Below are positions 60,106 to 64,000 of a stretch of DNA of 64,000 nt, in pieces (within the stretch, counting starts at the first letter, position 1; every line of letters starts with the position of its first letter). The DNA lies in contig JAOUIL010000003.1 of the NCBI GenBank assembly GCA_029883975.1, positions 23,164 through 87,163 on the forward strand, written 5' to 3'. The translations under genes and the position numbers were made by a program. Below the pieces are notes generated by a model. That model was not told the origin of the DNA and made no database searches. It worked only from the letters and a program-made list of their open reading frames with translations. The stretch comes from Betaproteobacteria bacterium (GTDB lineage: Bacteria; Pseudomonadota; Gammaproteobacteria; Burkholderiales; SG8-39).

Positions 60106-60333
60106 ATGGGACGCCTGCTCCTGCTCGCCCTCGCCGTGCTGGTCCTCGTGTGGCTGGTGCGCCGCGCCCTGCGCGGCCGGCAGGCCGGCGCCCCGCCTGC
60201 CGCCGGCTCGGCGGCCGAGCTGGTCGCTTGCGCGCACTGCGGGCTGCTCGTGCCGCGCGGCGAGGCGCGCGTCGCCGACGGCGGCCTGTACTGCAGCGAC
60301 GCGCACGCGCGGCTCGGGCCGCGCCGGCCCTGA
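60106..60333 (+). CDS. PP0621 family small membrane protein
   Basis: N-terminal TM, C..CG..VP..EA......YCS..H; directly upstream of pilS. Confidence 0.85.
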   Translation: MGRLLLLALAVLVLVWLVRRALRGRQAGAPPAAGSAAELVACAHCGLLVPRGEARVADGGLYCSDAHARLGPRRP

Positions 60334-61924
60334 TGGCCACGCTCGCCTACTCGCCGCTGTTCGCGGCCGAGCAGCGGGTGCCGGAGTCTTTCTGGATCTC
60401 GCTGCAGTACTTCAACCTGTACCGCATCTTCATCGCGGTGCTGTTCCTCGGCGCCACCTATTTCGCCTACGAGCCGATCAATTTCGGCGCGCACGACATG
60501 CGCCTGTTCCGTGCGGTGTGCGTGGTCTACCTGATCCTCGGCATCGCGGCGCAGCTCGCGCTGCGCGCAGTGCGCGAGCGCTTCAACCTGCAGCTCTCGG
60601 CCCACGCGCTGCTCGACGTGATCACCATCCCGCTGCTCATGTACGCGAGCGGCGGGATGCGCAGCGGCCTGGGCGTCATGCTGCTGATCTCGCTGACGGG
60701 CGCCGGGCTGGTGGCGCCGCTGCGGCTGAACTTCCTGTATGCCGCGCTGGCGGCGATCGCCGTGCTGCTGGAGGAAGGCTACTGGGTCCTGGCGCTCGAC
60801 CTGCCGTCGGCCAGCGTGGTGCCCGCAGCGCTGCTCGCCATGGGCTATTTCGCCACCGCAGGCGCCACCGGCTGGCTGGCGCAGCGCCTGGCCGCCAACG
60901 AGCGCCTGGCGCGCGAGCGCGGCCGCGCGCTTGCCAACCAGACGCGCGTCAACCAGCTGGTGATCGCCGACATGCAGGACGGCGTGCTGCTGGTCGACCG
61001 GCTGGGGCAGGTCTTCGAGCACAATCCGCAGGCCATGCGCCTGCTGGGGAACGATTCCCTGCGCGGCCAGCCGCTCGCCGCCGTGCTGCCCGGCGTCGAG
61101 GCGCGCTGGCGCGCCTGGCGCGACTCCGGAGCGCGCGCCGCCGTGTCGATCGACGTGCAGGCGCGCGGCCGCGAGGTGCGCGCGCGGCTGCTCGATACCG
61201 GCACGGAGGACCAGACGACCGTGGTGTTCGTCGAGGACATGACGCGCTCGCGCGAGCAGGCCCAGCAGCTCAAGCTCGCCGCACTTGGCCGCCTGACCGC
61301 GAATATCGCACACGAGATCCGCAACCCCCTGTCGGCGATCAGCCACGCCTCGGAACTGCTGGCCGAGGAGCGCCGTGATCCCGATCGGCGCCGGCTGACG
61401 CGCATCATCCTCGACAACACGGTGCGCCTGGAGCAGCTGGTGGCCGACGTGATGCAGCTCAACCGCCGCGACCGCGTGGCCGCGGAGCGCGTCGCGCTGA
61501 GCGCCTGGCTGGGCCTGTTCCTCGGCGAGTTCGTCGCCAACGAGGGCGTGCCGCAGGAGCGCATCCTCATCCAGCCGGGACGCGACGTCTGGGTCGAGTT
61601 CGATCGCGAGCACCTGCGGCAGGTCGTGTGGAATCTCCTGCGCAACGCGGTGCGGCACGCGCGCGCCGAGCCGGGTGCGGTGCGGCTTTCCGCGCGCGCG
61701 CTCGGCGAGCACGTAGAATTGAGCATCGTCGACAACGGGCCGGGCGTGCCGGCTGCCATCCAGGGACAATTGTTCGAGCCGTTCTTCACCACCGACAGCA
61801 AGGGAACCGGGCTCGGACTGTACCTGGCGCGCGAGCTGTGCGCGGCCAACGATGCGCGGCTGGAGTACGTGGATGATGGACCGGGAGCGCATTTCCGCAT
61901 CGTGTGCCACGGGGGCGCGGTGGC

Positions 61925-61928
<4 letters not shown>
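60333..61928 (+). CDS. pilS: Sensor histidine kinase PilS
   Basis: FNLYR, SGG..SGLG, KLAALGRLTANIAHEIRNPL, NLLRNA, DNGPG, FEPFFTT..KGTGLGL. Confidence 0.88.
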
Positions 61929-63282
<1,354 letters not shown>

Positions 63283-63286
<4 letters not shown>

Positions 63287-63831
63287 GGCTCGGCCCGGAC
63301 GGGCGCGTGCGCGGCGCGCGATACCTGGCGTCGCCCAACTGCGATGCGCGCCCGCCGGGGGCGCAGGTGACCCTGCTGCTGCTGCATTCGATCAGCCTTC
63401 CGCCGGGCAAGTTCGGCGGCGACGCGGTCGAGCGGCTGTTCACCAACCGCCTCGATCCGCGTGCGCACCCGTACTTCCGTGACATTTCGCATCTGCGCGT
63501 GTCCGCGCATTTCTACGTGCGTCGCGACGGTGCACTGCAGCAGTTCGTGCCGGTGCACCGGCGCGCCTGGCACGCGGGTGCGTCGCGCTGGCGCGCACGC
63601 GAGCGGTGCAACGACTTCTCGGTCGGCGTGGAGCTCGAAGGCCTCGAGGGCGGCGGCTTCAGCGCGGCGCAGTACGACTGTCTGGCGCGCCTTGCGCGCG
63701 CGCTGGCCGTGGCGCTGCCGCTGCGCGCCTGTGCCGCGCACAGCGACGTGGCCCCTGGCCGCAAGCGCGATCCGGGCGCGCGCTTCCACTGGCCGCGCCT
63801 GCTGCGCGCGCTGGCCGAGCGCAATATCTAG
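63283..63831 (+). CDS. ampD: 1,6-anhydro-N-acetylmuramyl-L-alanine amidase AmpD
   Basis: SPNCDARP, HSISLPPG.FGG, VSAHF, RAWHAG, CNDFSVGVELEG, HSDVAPGRK.DPG. Confidence 0.94.
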
Positions 63832-63917
63832 TAGCGTCAGCGTCTCCGAATACCAGCGTTAGTCGTCGCGTTGCAGCGCGCAAAAGCGCGCGCGCCGGCG
63901 CGCGCGCTTCGCGGCGC

Positions 63918-63996
63918 TTGCAAAATAAAATCCGCGTGGTACATTGCGGCCACTAGAAGTAGTTAGCAATCAGGTATTCAGCACCATATATTGTGG
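63918..63996 (+). promoter_or_regulatory. Sigma70 promoter plus tandem NrdR boxes (probable nrdA promoter; gene lies outside the window)
   Basis: TTGCAA-N16-TACATT; boxes CCACTAGAAGTAGTTA (63950) and GCACCATATATTGTGG (63981), 31 bp apart. Confidence 0.72.
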
Positions 63997-64000
63997 TTTT

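Overview
High-GC betaproteobacterial chromosome segment, mostly core genes: hyfBCE-like membrane complex genes, recJ, lolC/E-lolD, comEC, relA, dgkA-ppk1/ppx-sixA, tRNA-Val-thrS-infC-rpmI-rplT-pheST-ihfA-merR-tRNA-Pro, surE-pcm-nlpD, mltB, proS, rppH, rubrerythrin-DUF3501, proB-obg-rpmA-rplU, ispB, tRNA-Pro, pilS-pilR and ampD, ending in NrdR boxes. The most unusual structure is at about 18.4-20.6 kb, at the end of the gene run that follows comEC. A unit of about 195 bp, made of the last codons of an alpha/beta-hydrolase plus a downstream TTGACC-N17-GRCATT promoter-like segment, occurs twice 1161-1162 bp apart. Each copy precedes a different cargo gene: an AT-richer TIR-domain protein, then a lipoprotein. 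The codon mosaic across a 29-bp identical core looks like an attL/attR-type crossover, yet no integrase is present. Other notable items are an orphan DpgC-like crotonase-fold dioxygenase sharing two MarR-type boxes with marR-emrAB, a nested REP-like palindrome, a probable SOS box heading a long overlapping DNA-repair/hyf gene run, OxyR, PhoB and NrdR sites, a RelA lacking its helical linker domain, and repeated leaderless or non-canonical translation starts. All calls are by eye from motifs and gene order; no database searches were run.
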